A DNA stretch of 35,153 nt from Paraphysomonas bandaiensis. Lineage: Eukaryota > Protista > Chrysophyceae. Shown here one piece after another: positions 12,551 to 22,209 of this stretch. A program made the position numbers and the translations under genes. The first letter of the stretch is position 1. Every line of letters begins with the position of its first letter. Location of the stretch: the NCBI GenBank assembly GCA_965644295.1, contig CBFFRP010000306.1:1-35153 (forward strand), given 5' to 3'. A model generated the notes under the pieces. That model had not been told where the DNA came from and did no database searches. It saw only the letters and a list, made by a program, of their open reading frames with translations.

Positions 12551-12758
12551 TATGTATGTATGTATGTATGTATGTATGTATGTATGTATGTATGTATGTA
12601 TGTATGTATGTATGTATGTATGTATGTATGTATGTATGTATGTATGTATGTATGTATGTATGTATGTATGTATGTATGTATGTATGTATGTATGTATGTA
12701 TGTATGTATGTATGTATGTATGTATGTATGTATGTATGTATGTATGTATGTATGTATG
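12551..12758 (+). repeat. (TATG)n microsatellite, ~52 perfect units
   Basis: Directly visible; it generates the spurious MYVC/HTYI ORFs. Confidence 0.98.
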
Positions 12759-13865
12759 GACTGCATATGTGAAGCTCCATGGGTTTTTCCTCATCTAAAA
12801 ACCCCTAGTGTGAAGCCAAAAGCTTCACATATGCCTCGAATACGGACAAATATATAGTAGATAATCATATTCAATGCATATGTGAAGCTTTAGGCTTCAC
12901 ACAAAAACTGGCACTTTTATATAATAAAAATACTATTTTACAGGGAAATAGCCACTTTATTAGTTGTAAAACACTGTTAGAATACTCTACTATTCTCCTT
13001 GAACATGACAGCCGTTAGTGGCATATATCAATATTCGACCATACTTACTGCAAACATGAGTGAGACAGACTCAGACAGGAAGTAAGAGTTACCTCATAGG
13101 GGAAGAGGAAGTGGCCGTATACGCCGACAGCGTGTTGTATCTGTTGACTCCAATGCTGATAATGTATCTGACTATATGAAGAAACGAACTAAAGCAGAGA
13201 TGAAAGCAGCATACAAGCAAAGGTTGGCCATATTACTGTGTGGTGTAAAACAGAGTACCCTGAAGCTCTGATGATGATGAAAATTTGAAGATTCCATTCC
13301 CGAAAGACATCTGTCTGATTACTTTGGCCATATGTAGAACTCAGCAAAGGCAATAGATGACTACAAGAAAGACATCAATGAACTGAAGAAGGAAAAACTC
13401 AAAAAGAAGAAGGGGTTTAAAGTCCGTTAACAATGAATGACTGTACGATTTTAGCGACGAAGATGATGTTAATGGTACCATTGCAGGCAGTTGGTCCGAT
13501 ATCTTGTTCATGTGGGAATATTTTGTACTGATGTGGAATTTGATGAGTAGATCTGATTCAGTAGCTTCCTTGATGATTTAACTTTTTGACTGGAAAGGTG
13601 ACTCAATGCTTGTTCAAGACCAAGGACACAAAGCGGACAGGAAAGTCAGTGACAAAAAAGGGCATCATGCAAGACAATGAATGTAATGTGCAATGGTGGA
13701 AAACATTTAACTGACAAGATGGTCAGATTATTCACTTCGTTCCAAAGGATTGGAGATTTACAGCCAGAATACCATTGATCTGTCTGTATGATTTATGGTT
13801 CTATGGAGATAGGGTGAGCTGAATAAGACCATATCGTCTCATAAGTCGTCGGTTTGACGTTTGAC
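12755..13865 (+). mobile_element. Degenerate, internally deleted Crypton-type (CryptonS-like) tyrosine recombinase transposon
   Basis: 13501-13650 translates ILFMWEYFVLMWNLMSRSDSVASLMI*LFDWKGDSMLVQDQGHKADRK, the Crypton YR box WNLMxR...WxGD...HKxD. C-terminal HFVPKDWRF...LWFYGD...IRPYRLI follows. The element begins at TATGG and has subterminal inverted repeats. Right end not determined. Confidence 0.7.
12808..12902. repeat. 27-bp subterminal inverted repeat pair (12808-12834 / 12876-12902), with a partial third copy at 12763-12776
   Basis: GTGTGAAGCCAAAAGCTTCACATATGC versus GCATATGTGAAGCTTTAGGCTTCACAC, 1 mismatch. Confidence 0.85.
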
Positions 13866-14243
13866 ATACAGATGAGTGATGTTATTGCTTTTACTCGAGC
13901 TAGTACAGTGCGTGATGTCATTTGTTAATACTATCGTGAGTGATAATGGGCTGCTGCCAGATGGATACAGCAACTTCAATAATGTTCCTGCACGTGCTAA
14001 TAATGATGAATATATTCTAGTGTGCTGGATATAATTTTGAATTTCGTACGTAGCTTGTACAATGAAATCTGCATGTTGAATCGTGTACGGCATTGATAAA
14101 TGATAGTTCTTTAATTTTAAGTAGTGCATATCAAAAGCTACAATTTCTTAGCTACAACAGCACCGTCATCTTGATAACTAGTAAACAACTCTACACGGTA
14201 TGATCTTATACATACACACACATCTTATATACGACAACACCTT

Positions 14244-14295
14244 CATACATACATACATACATACATACATACATACATACATACATACATACATA
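14244..14295 (+). repeat. (CATA)n microsatellite, ~13 units
   Basis: Directly visible; flanked by an imperfect direct repeat CACATCTTATMTACGACAWCACCTT. Confidence 0.95.
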
Positions 14296-15027
14296 CACAT
14301 CTTATCTACGACATCACCTTAATCTTGATGAATGATATATGTAAACTTCAGTCATATTTACAGGACACAACAGATCATTGCGAGTGATACAGCATTAGGA
14401 GTCATATGGTCGACAGGCTCTTCACTGGTTGGGTCGTAAGAGGCGTCCCTGTACCACATACATACACTCTCACCACCCCCACAACTCATCCACACTCTCA
14501 TATTACTCATATGTTATCCTTATAGAGGAAGTCCTCATATGGATGATCACCACCAGCTCCACTAACAACATCGTCACAGTCATCTAACGGATACTATGCT
14601 TCCACAGCTCCATTAATGCAGATACACCATATAAAATAACATACTCAGGAGCGCATTAGTGGTGAACGCTTCTGTTTCAGTTATATGACTATTCAGGGTG
14701 CTCCATGCGGTCTATGCATGTATATGTGTATGGGTGTTCTGTATGTATGTATGTGTATCTGCTGCGGTATTATTCATGTGATCATACGAGTCTCTCTCCT
14801 CATGAGGAGCACACACCACTATACACCACTATGACCACACACTGTTGATAGTCCTCACTCGTGTCTGTGAGTAGAGGCAGCAGCAGAGCCTCTGAATCAT
14901 GTACTCATATATGCATATATCCATCATCACATTCACTTCGAAGTCACTCAGAGATATACACTCTTATACGCACACGTATACCTATGTATACCATATACAC
15001 GAGTTTCACATATGCACTCATTAGTCT

Positions 15028-15029
<2 letters not shown>

Positions 15030-15059
<30 letters not shown>

Positions 15060-15177
15060 TGTATGTATGTATGTATGTATGTATGTATGTATGTATGTAT
15101 GTCGGTATGTATGTATGTATGTATGTATGTATGTATGTATGTATGTATGTATGTATGTATGTATGTATGTATGTATG
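15030..15177 (+). repeat. (TATG)n microsatellite, ~37 units with one interruption
   Basis: Directly visible. Confidence 0.97.
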
Positions 15178-15366
15178 TACATACAGCAGTACAGTTCAGA
15201 AGGACCTATCAAGCATTTGTTTTAGCAGGCCATTACTATTGGAGTATTAACCATCGACATACCTCAACATAGCAATGTTTTGTTGAAGTACGTATTAATT
15301 TCTAATAGTCACCTTCTGGTGTTTTCAATAACTGCATATAAGTAATTGATTTATTCAACTGTCGTC

Positions 15367-16222
15367 ATGCCAATTTTGTATGCTCTTGTGGCAAGGGGAA
15401 AGAATGTACTGGCGGAGTACACCAGTGCGCAAGGAAACTTTCCTACTGTTACCCGTGTGTTATTATCCAAAATTCCGGAGCAGGATGGGAAAATGTCTTA
15501 TGTTTACGATAATCATGTCTTCCACTATATTGTTGACAATGGAATCACTTTCTTATGTATGGCTGATGAGGGCATGAAGCGAAGGTTAACTTTTGCATTT
15601 TTGGATGAAATTAAAGCTATTTGGAGACAAGATTTCGCCAGTGTGGAGCAGACAGCCCTGGCTTTCAGTCTCAACGATCAGTTTTCTCCTGTTCTCAGAC
15701 AACAAATTGTAAGATGTGTCCACCGTATTCTGAATTCTTACATTATTCTACACAGCATATATATAATACGAATCCATCGGCTGATAATATATCGCGAGTG
15801 AAAGCGCAGATTGAGAACGTTAAAGATGTCATGGTTGACAACATAGGTAATTTTCTGACCCGTATTCGGCGATTTGTAAGTACACGCAGAGCGGGTCCTT
15901 GAGCGCGGTGAGAAAATTGAATTGCTGGTAGATAAGACAGATCGTCTCAGCCACCAGGCCTTTAAATTTGAAAAAACTGTAAGTTTATCGTGGCAAATAG
16001 TTGTAAGTTTTCTAAATTATGATTGGCTTGTGAATAGTCACGTCATCTGAAACGGAGCATGTACTGCAAGAAAGTTAAGATGTACGCATTAATCTTCGTT
16101 GTAGTTGGGGTATAGCATGCAAAATTAAATATTTACAAAGGTGCTAATGATGTTTTTAGTTGATTGCCTTTTTCATTGCGGCGATGTTCTGTGGCATAAA
16201 TTTCAAGAGATGCAAAGATTAA
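15367..16222 (+). CDS. VAMP7: Vesicle-associated membrane protein 7 (longin R-SNARE); 5 exons
   Basis: Longin domain MPILYALVARGKNVLAEY...; SNARE motif [29 protein letters not shown]; C-terminal TM helix. Introns 15709-15755, 15847-15889, 15979-16037 and 16110-16159; TAA at 16220-16222. Confidence 0.95.
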
Positions 16223-16499
16223 TATTATGCAAGGTCTCCGTTGATATGCGCAGGTTTGGAGATATGTTGTACTTGGTAAAGTAGTGCTGTAATTGTTTTT
16301 CGTAAATTTAAATTATGACCTCGTTTCCATTTATAAGTATGCCTCAAGTAGCAACAATCGATATTTATGCTTTCAGTGATATCATATCAGCTGAAAGGAA
16401 TTAGGACATGCAGACGATGTTCACAACAAAATATGGATGTTTTTTCTTGCTGGTAGTAGGCAGCTCTCTGAACGACATGGGAATACCAGTTTGCTACAA

Positions 16500-16690
16500 T
16501 TAATTGACAATGATGACATCATATAACTTTTCATTCACCATTCACTGCAGTAACTATACCATTGAGTCCATGAATATTTCTCACTTTCTCACCCACTTTG
16601 AACTGTATTTCATCCTCACCATCAGAAATTAGAACTGCTGAAGTCATTGGAACTTTCATTGACACTTCCTGTTCCACTTCGTCGCTAGAA
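16500..16690 (-). pseudogene. Decayed fragment with a Tudor/SH3-like motif resembling the 20047-21006 gene
   Basis: Reads EVEQEV...FKVGEKVRNIHGLNGIVTAVNGE*, compared with EQEV...YTPGDEIITVTRMRGTVHAVNDDG. Confidence 0.3.
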
Positions 16691-17069
16691 TTCGATTATT
16701 CCAAAGCGAAATGAAAAAGTACTGCCTACTGCAGGAACTGGCAGTAAAGAAAGTTTTAGCAGTGGTTGCGAATCGGTTCATGCGAGTAATGACTCGAAGT
16801 CTCAGCGACGTCGGAAGAAGAAGCGGCGCAGACAAAGTAGTAAAACAAAAATGGCCTTGTATGAGAAATTTTACTTGTATGCTTCAACAAGCAGAGATTT
16901 TACAAGACCGAGATGAGATGGAGTATGAAATAAAACGACTTCGGGAAGAAAATCGACATTCGAAGAACAAAACTGACTCCTTTCAGTTACTATCGCATAT
17001 GAAATAAATATTGAATACGTTTCCCACTTTTGCAGAATGTTTACTTTAAGTATATCGCAGTCAACGCAG

Positions 17070-17790
17070 CGCTGCTTTCACAAGAGTTTCACCCAGACTT
17101 CCTCCCAGAACACGGCCGTAATAAGCAGCGAGTCCGGCGAACAAGACAACCGCGGGTCCTCCGACTCCTTGGAGTGACGAGTCGCTCTGTGCCCTATAGC
17201 CAACCCCGTCCCAGGTCTACAGCTCCCTCCAAAACTCGCCCTACAACTATCATCACACAGCCAATAAGCCCCCACTTCGGACCCAATATTGTGCCTCAGC
17301 ATCACAGCTGGGCGAGAGAACACACCTCCTACTCTTCTAACACTTTCACACACGCGAACCCAAACGTAGGTGACTCCTCCAGCTCTATTTACATTCAACT
17401 TATACACTGCAACTAGCGGCGCCCGGAGACTCTACAGATCTACGCCTCTATATTACACCTTCTAATTTGCCCTCGGAACACTATCCTCCCACCTACATAG
17501 CTCCGACCCTCGCTTAAGCTTCGGGGACCCATACCCGAAAGGGCGTCCCCCTGATTAACCGCTCCTTGACACCGAATGACTATACGTCCGTGGGCAGATA
17601 CCACAAATACCCATGATTGGAAGTGGTTGCACTTTGATGCTCGCGGTGACGCACAAGCAGCTTTAGTAGCGTTAAATAGTAGGGTAATATAATCAGAGTT
17701 AAGTACTACATAGTTAGGTAAATTGTTTCGCTAAAGTAGTCCTGACTGTTAAACGCCTATTGCTCGTAATAAGACATTCGCTACTAACAA
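17070..17790 (+). mobile_element. 5'-truncated LINE-like 3' end fragment (copy B)
   Basis: C-rich decayed body followed by the blocks shared with 9463-9660, ending ...AGACATTCGCTACTAACAAC. 5' boundary uncertain. Confidence 0.5.
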
Positions 17791-17807
17791 CATAGTTTTA
17801 TGTTTCT

Positions 17808-18234
17808 TTCATGTCAACCACTGATCAATTTCCGTATCTTCAATCGTCATGATATTTCAATTTCACTATATAGCAGGGCCTGGTAACTGTTATTGGGCCA
17901 CTAATGGTAGTCCGGTTCCCGGCAATTACCATTATTAATGGCCTATTGAGAATTGACCATTTTCAGATGATTAAGATCGTTGTAAGAGAAGTTTAAGTTT
18001 TAGTCCAACTAGATAGATTACTTTATTATAATTGTATACACAATTGTGTGTGTTGTCATGCAACACATGAAGTTGATGTGATGAACAAACCTGGAGAAAC
18101 GCTCTAAACCTGCTGAAATTTTAAAAAAGTCAACAACACGATAAATTATTTCGTTCATGTCAACCACTGCTCAACTTCCGTATCTTGAATTGTCATGATA
18201 TAATACTTCAGTTTCACAGTTATAGCTATATAGC
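17808..18234 (+). repeat. Diverged direct repeat pair (~17808-17875 and ~18154-18234)
   Basis: TTCATGTCAACCACTG.TCAA.TTCCGTATCTT.AAT.GTCATGATAT...CTATATAGCA occurs twice. 18075-18135 also resembles 19828-19888. Confidence 0.65.
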
Positions 18235-18870
18235 ACCTTTGACTATTGACTACGTATTACTGTTTTTCACATTGTATTTAACGTATTCTACAGTACTATC
18301 TTAAAGAACTATACGTATTCCAACACTCCACCTATATTCCAATGTAGAAACGAGTAATCGTCATTATACTGCAGCTATATATATCATCTAGTCAGCTTAT
18401 AGGATAAAACGGATGTGAAAATCTTCATAAAGATACTGTGGACATCAAACTTCGCTGTAACACAGTTATGTGGGATTCTTACCCACTAAAAACACACCCT
18501 TAACCTTTCTTGAACCGCTTCTTCTGATTCTTCTCAACTTCATTTGAAATGCTCCTCTTTTCCCCTGTGATAGTTTCTTCATGGAGTTTAATTAAAGAGC
18601 TTTGTAGATAACGCTTTTGTAAATATGTCGGCCGCCATATCCTTAGTCGATACATGAATCAATCTGGCTGTAGGAAACGTGTTCCCGAACCCAGTGGTAC
18701 TTTATCTGAATATGTTTTGATCTTTTGTGGTAGACTGGATTTTATGACAGATCTTTTGCACTCTTGCTGTTCATGAAGAATGGGGTTGGCTTGGTCAATG
18801 CGAGTCCTAGCTCTCGTAACACCCCCCGTAGCCACACCAGTTCTTGCATGGCCGCATATTCAGCCATATA

Positions 18871-19088
18871 AAAGATCTGATTATTACATGAGAGAACTTG
18901 TTGCATTTATCTGTCTATTACTCTAGACTAGTGGTAACACATATTATGAAATGCTCAGTTATCTCGGGACTGCTTGTGCATTGCTGCAAGCACCTTGGTG
19001 CAACCATCCCAAATTATACGGCAGCGGGGAATCGAACCCCGGGCAGAAGAATGGGAACCTTCTATGTTACCACTACACCACGGCCGTA
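18871..19088 (-). mobile_element. tRNA-Gly-derived SINE (218 bp) with a 16-bp TSD
   Basis: Flanked by CATATTCAGCCATATA (18855-18870) and CATATTCAGTCATATA (19089-19104). Removing it and one TSD copy restores the Copia frame. Confidence 0.88.
19017..19087 (-). tRNA. tRNA-Gly(CCC)-like cloverleaf forming the SINE head
   Basis: ACGGCCG TG GTGT AGTGGTA ACAT A GAAGG TTCCCAT TCTTC TGCC CGGGG TTCGATT CCCCG CTGCCGT A. A and B boxes are intact, with one acceptor-stem mismatch and no immediately following strong T-run terminator. Confidence 0.7.
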
Positions 19089-20046
19089 CATATTCAGTCA
19101 TATACTCGGACTCCATTCTGGAAGTTACAACTGTAGTCTGCAGTTTGGACTGCCATGCGATTGCTCCAGCACAATACAATATATAGCCGGTAGTTGAACG
19201 TCTCGTTAGTATATCACCTGCCCAGTGTGATGTTTCTGAGAACTAGAAACACGTGAATGACAGAAAGCTCTCTCTAAAAACGTTTTAACAGATTTAAAGT
19301 ACAACAGAAGAGTAACATATCATACTACTACTGTAATAACAACGCAGTAAGTAACCAGTACTGCGAGACACTACCCTCTTTTCCCCCCAGCTGAAGAAAT
19401 TAGATTGTGAATTCAGAGACTGTGATTCATGTATGCAAATACCTAAATCGGCCATACTAGATAGCGTCATTCTAAGTATAAGCAAACAAAATCAGATTCA
19501 AACATATTAGATTGAGAATAAACTAGATAGACAAGGTAGTATTGTAATAGAAATAAAAGAATATTATAAATATGATTTCAAAATAGAAGAATAAAACCTG
19601 TTTACAAGAGTATATCAGGAAATCTCTTGCAAAACTCCGCATCGACCAGCACCATAATAGAAGAGTCATATGTAGTAACTCGACCGTAATGAACGTCATA
19701 TGCACTCCATTCATATGTAGACTGAAACAAAGGGCAATATAGATCAATACGCAATTTACGACGACCCGCCCACCGTACATAGTTACACTCCACAACATAA
19801 ATAGTCGTATAACAATTCGGTAAAAGTCGATGTGATGCCCAAACCTGGTAAAGCGGTCGAAACCTGGTGAAATTTTGAAAATGTTGATTTTAGTTGAAGT
19901 TTTGTTGTTGCGTTTTGCAATTAATAATAATGTAGTAGTTGTAAAGAGAACATGTTTTTAGAGACATTTAATAAATTTTATATTAGTTACAGGTCAAAAA
20001 AGTGAGAATGCAACGGTTACATTATACATAGTAGTGCTATCTATAC

Positions 20047-21006
20047 TTACAAACGATAATCAACTGAACTTCTGGTACGTTTACCAGTAATAATAGAAGT
20101 AGAATCAACTGCACCTGTATCTACCCACTCCTTAGTAGGTTCCTCAATATAACTCCACCTCGGTATGCTGTCTCTTTTACTGGAGGGGGTATTATGAGGT
20201 TTATCCTGGTGGGCTATATCGAATATCAGGAACATATTACACAAACAAGAAGCATATATATAAAGTATACCAGATGCAAGCGAGAAGTATTTGGAGCGCA
20301 CTGCCTTATCCTCTCTGATGATGGCCCCACATCTCTTCCTGCTTTTGTAAACAAGATGATAGGTGCCATCATCATTGACAGCGTGGACAGTACCACGCAT
20401 TCTAGTGACAGTAATAATTTCGTCACCAGGAGTATACATGATAGAGGGGCTACCATCATCAGACGATGACTCCACCTCTTGTTCTGATTGTATAGAAATA
20501 AACAAGGCATTATAGTATATATATATAATATACAACACAACATACCAGATTGATTACTATTGTCTGAGTCATTGGTAACTATATCACCACAATCCCAACC
20601 CTCCTCCCTCCTCCTGGCATCAAGCCTCGCCTTCTTATCCCGTGCTGCCTTCTTTTCAACACTAAGTTTCTCCTTTCGTGCTTGACGCTGCTCATCTCGT
20701 CCAGGATACACGCTGTTCAGGCATCCGATGGGTACGTCAACCACAGTTCCGTCCGCTTCGTCAACTATTATCCTTGAATGGGTTTTCCTTGCATTGCTAC
20801 TATGATTACCAGAATGTAACACGCATGATGTAGAACGGACTTTTCTTAGTCCCACTGCACGAGGCCCAAAACTTCCAACTCTCTGGCCGCGCTCTCTGGA
20901 AAGTACCTCATATTGAGAAACACCAGTGCCACTGAACAAAGCATCACGCATTGGCACGAATAAACCACCGGTTTGAGTCACGTAGTCTTGGGCATTATCA
21001 CTCTGA
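20047..21006 (-). pseudogene. 3' part of a spliced gene of unknown function (basic coiled stretch, Tudor/SH3-like motif), split by the Gypsy insertion
   Basis: ORFs 20226-21128 and 20047-20538 with AT-rich intron-like gaps. Joins in frame with sequence beyond 30920 once the Gypsy element is removed. Confidence 0.55.
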
Positions 21007-22022
21007 TATAACAACACCCGGTTTGATAACCAGGGTGTTGGCTCGTAAACAATAAAACTACAACAACACCTACACTGAACCAACAAGCACAGTAATAACG
21101 GTATTATTATTAAAACACTTTTTTCCAAGTTTAGACCTAAACTCAGTTAGTGACTCCCGCGAAGAGTCACCGCGCAATGGTATACCGCTGGCACCCAAGA
21201 TCACTAGCACCAAGCTTTGGTCTAACTTAAAACAAGTGATAAACACCATAGAAGCATATATGCACACACACACACTCCTAACATGGTACAACACACGTGG
21301 TGTCATCACACCACCACAGGTTGCGTAACTCTTCAATCAAAACTGAAAAATACACAGCAACCTGATAGGGAGTGACTCACCAGCATATGCCGAGAGTACA
21401 CCGTATACTACGTATCTATACCCTACCAGAGACTGAAAACCCCATAATCCAGGAAATACATAAATACAGTACGTATAGTACGTATAGTACGTATAGTACG
21501 CACACCACATTTGCAATCGAACCCCAATAAGCCTTGCATAAACACTCGTGCACCTCAAGTGAACAATAGCGACTTCCCTCTTATGATGGTCACATGTACT
21601 TGCCCCCCTATAGGGTAGTATGGGTAATACATGTATGTATGTATATGGAAGTATATACTGCAACTGCTATACAGGAATACGGGCCCACATAACTTTGATA
21701 TAAATTTGCAGCAGGTTTCACATCGACCGAAGTCACCAGCAGCAGATCATAGTCGTACATCATCATCAGCAGATAAAAATTGGACATGATACCCGAACGT
21801 TGGCTCAATATGTAGATACACTGTGGTACATTACCAATGTCCAAATGGTGTTGCATAATATGTATCCTGAACACAATGAAGGTCCTAAAGCAATATATAG
21901 GGTCCTGATATAGGGTCCTAAACCAACATAGGGTCCTAAAAGTCAATGTAACCATGCATGTGACTCAATAGCGTGATACTATAGCCACGTAGATAGGGCA
22001 TGGGAAATGCCACGTGGTCACA
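21007..22022 (-). repeat. 3' LTR (TGTGAC...GTTATA)
   Basis: Matches 28538-28593 plus 29960-30919; identical ORF translations at an offset of 8897. Confidence 0.95.
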
Positions 22023-22036
22023 CTGCCTCCTCCCCC
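22023..22036 (-). other. Polypurine tract
   Basis: GGGGGAGGAGGCAG immediately upstream of the 3' LTR on the minus strand. Confidence 0.85.
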
Positions 22037-22209
22037 GTTTTGGTTGTCTACAGAATAGCATGCCTCCGGTATTCACAAATGCCAACGGGACTAGGTGTTA
22101 CGTAGCCGTCAAAACGAAAATCCCCGGAGAATTATAAGTTATATAATAATAATTTGATATGGAATAGAATTGAGAGAGCAATAAGAATAATATGTGTCTA
22201 GCGTGGAAC

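Larger units (their letters stand above)
18490..19228 (-). mobile_element. Ty1/Copia RNase H remnant (pseudogene) interrupted by a SINE
   Basis: RRSTTGY...AIAWQSKLQTTVVTSRMESEYM | AEYAAMQELVWLRGVLRELG...PVYHKRSKHIQIKYHWVRE...DMAADIFTKAL. Confidence 0.88.

Noticed and set aside
12382-12857. MYVC/HTYI-repeat ORFs (also 14861-15272)
   Set aside because: Translation artefacts of (TATG)n microsatellites, which have no stop codon in any frame.
16711-17416. ORFs 16711-17007, 17030-17416 and 17078-17407 as genes
   Set aside because: No recognisable domain or consistent splice model; they overlap decayed repeat sequence.
19017-19087. Native functional tRNA-Gly locus
   Set aside because: It is embedded in a TSD-flanked insertion within a Copia pseudogene and followed by a retroelement-type tail; best treated as a SINE head.
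21468-21940. Short repeats (TACGTATAG x3; GGTCCT-type x4) and 28411-28452 (CAAGCCCAAAGAA x3) as CRISPR-like arrays
   Set aside because: Too short, no uniform unique spacers, no cas genes; ordinary LTR and leader repeats.
21070-21955. Three ORFs duplicated at 29967-30852
   Set aside because: They lie in the LTRs, are low-complexity and show no protein signature; useful only as evidence of LTR identity.
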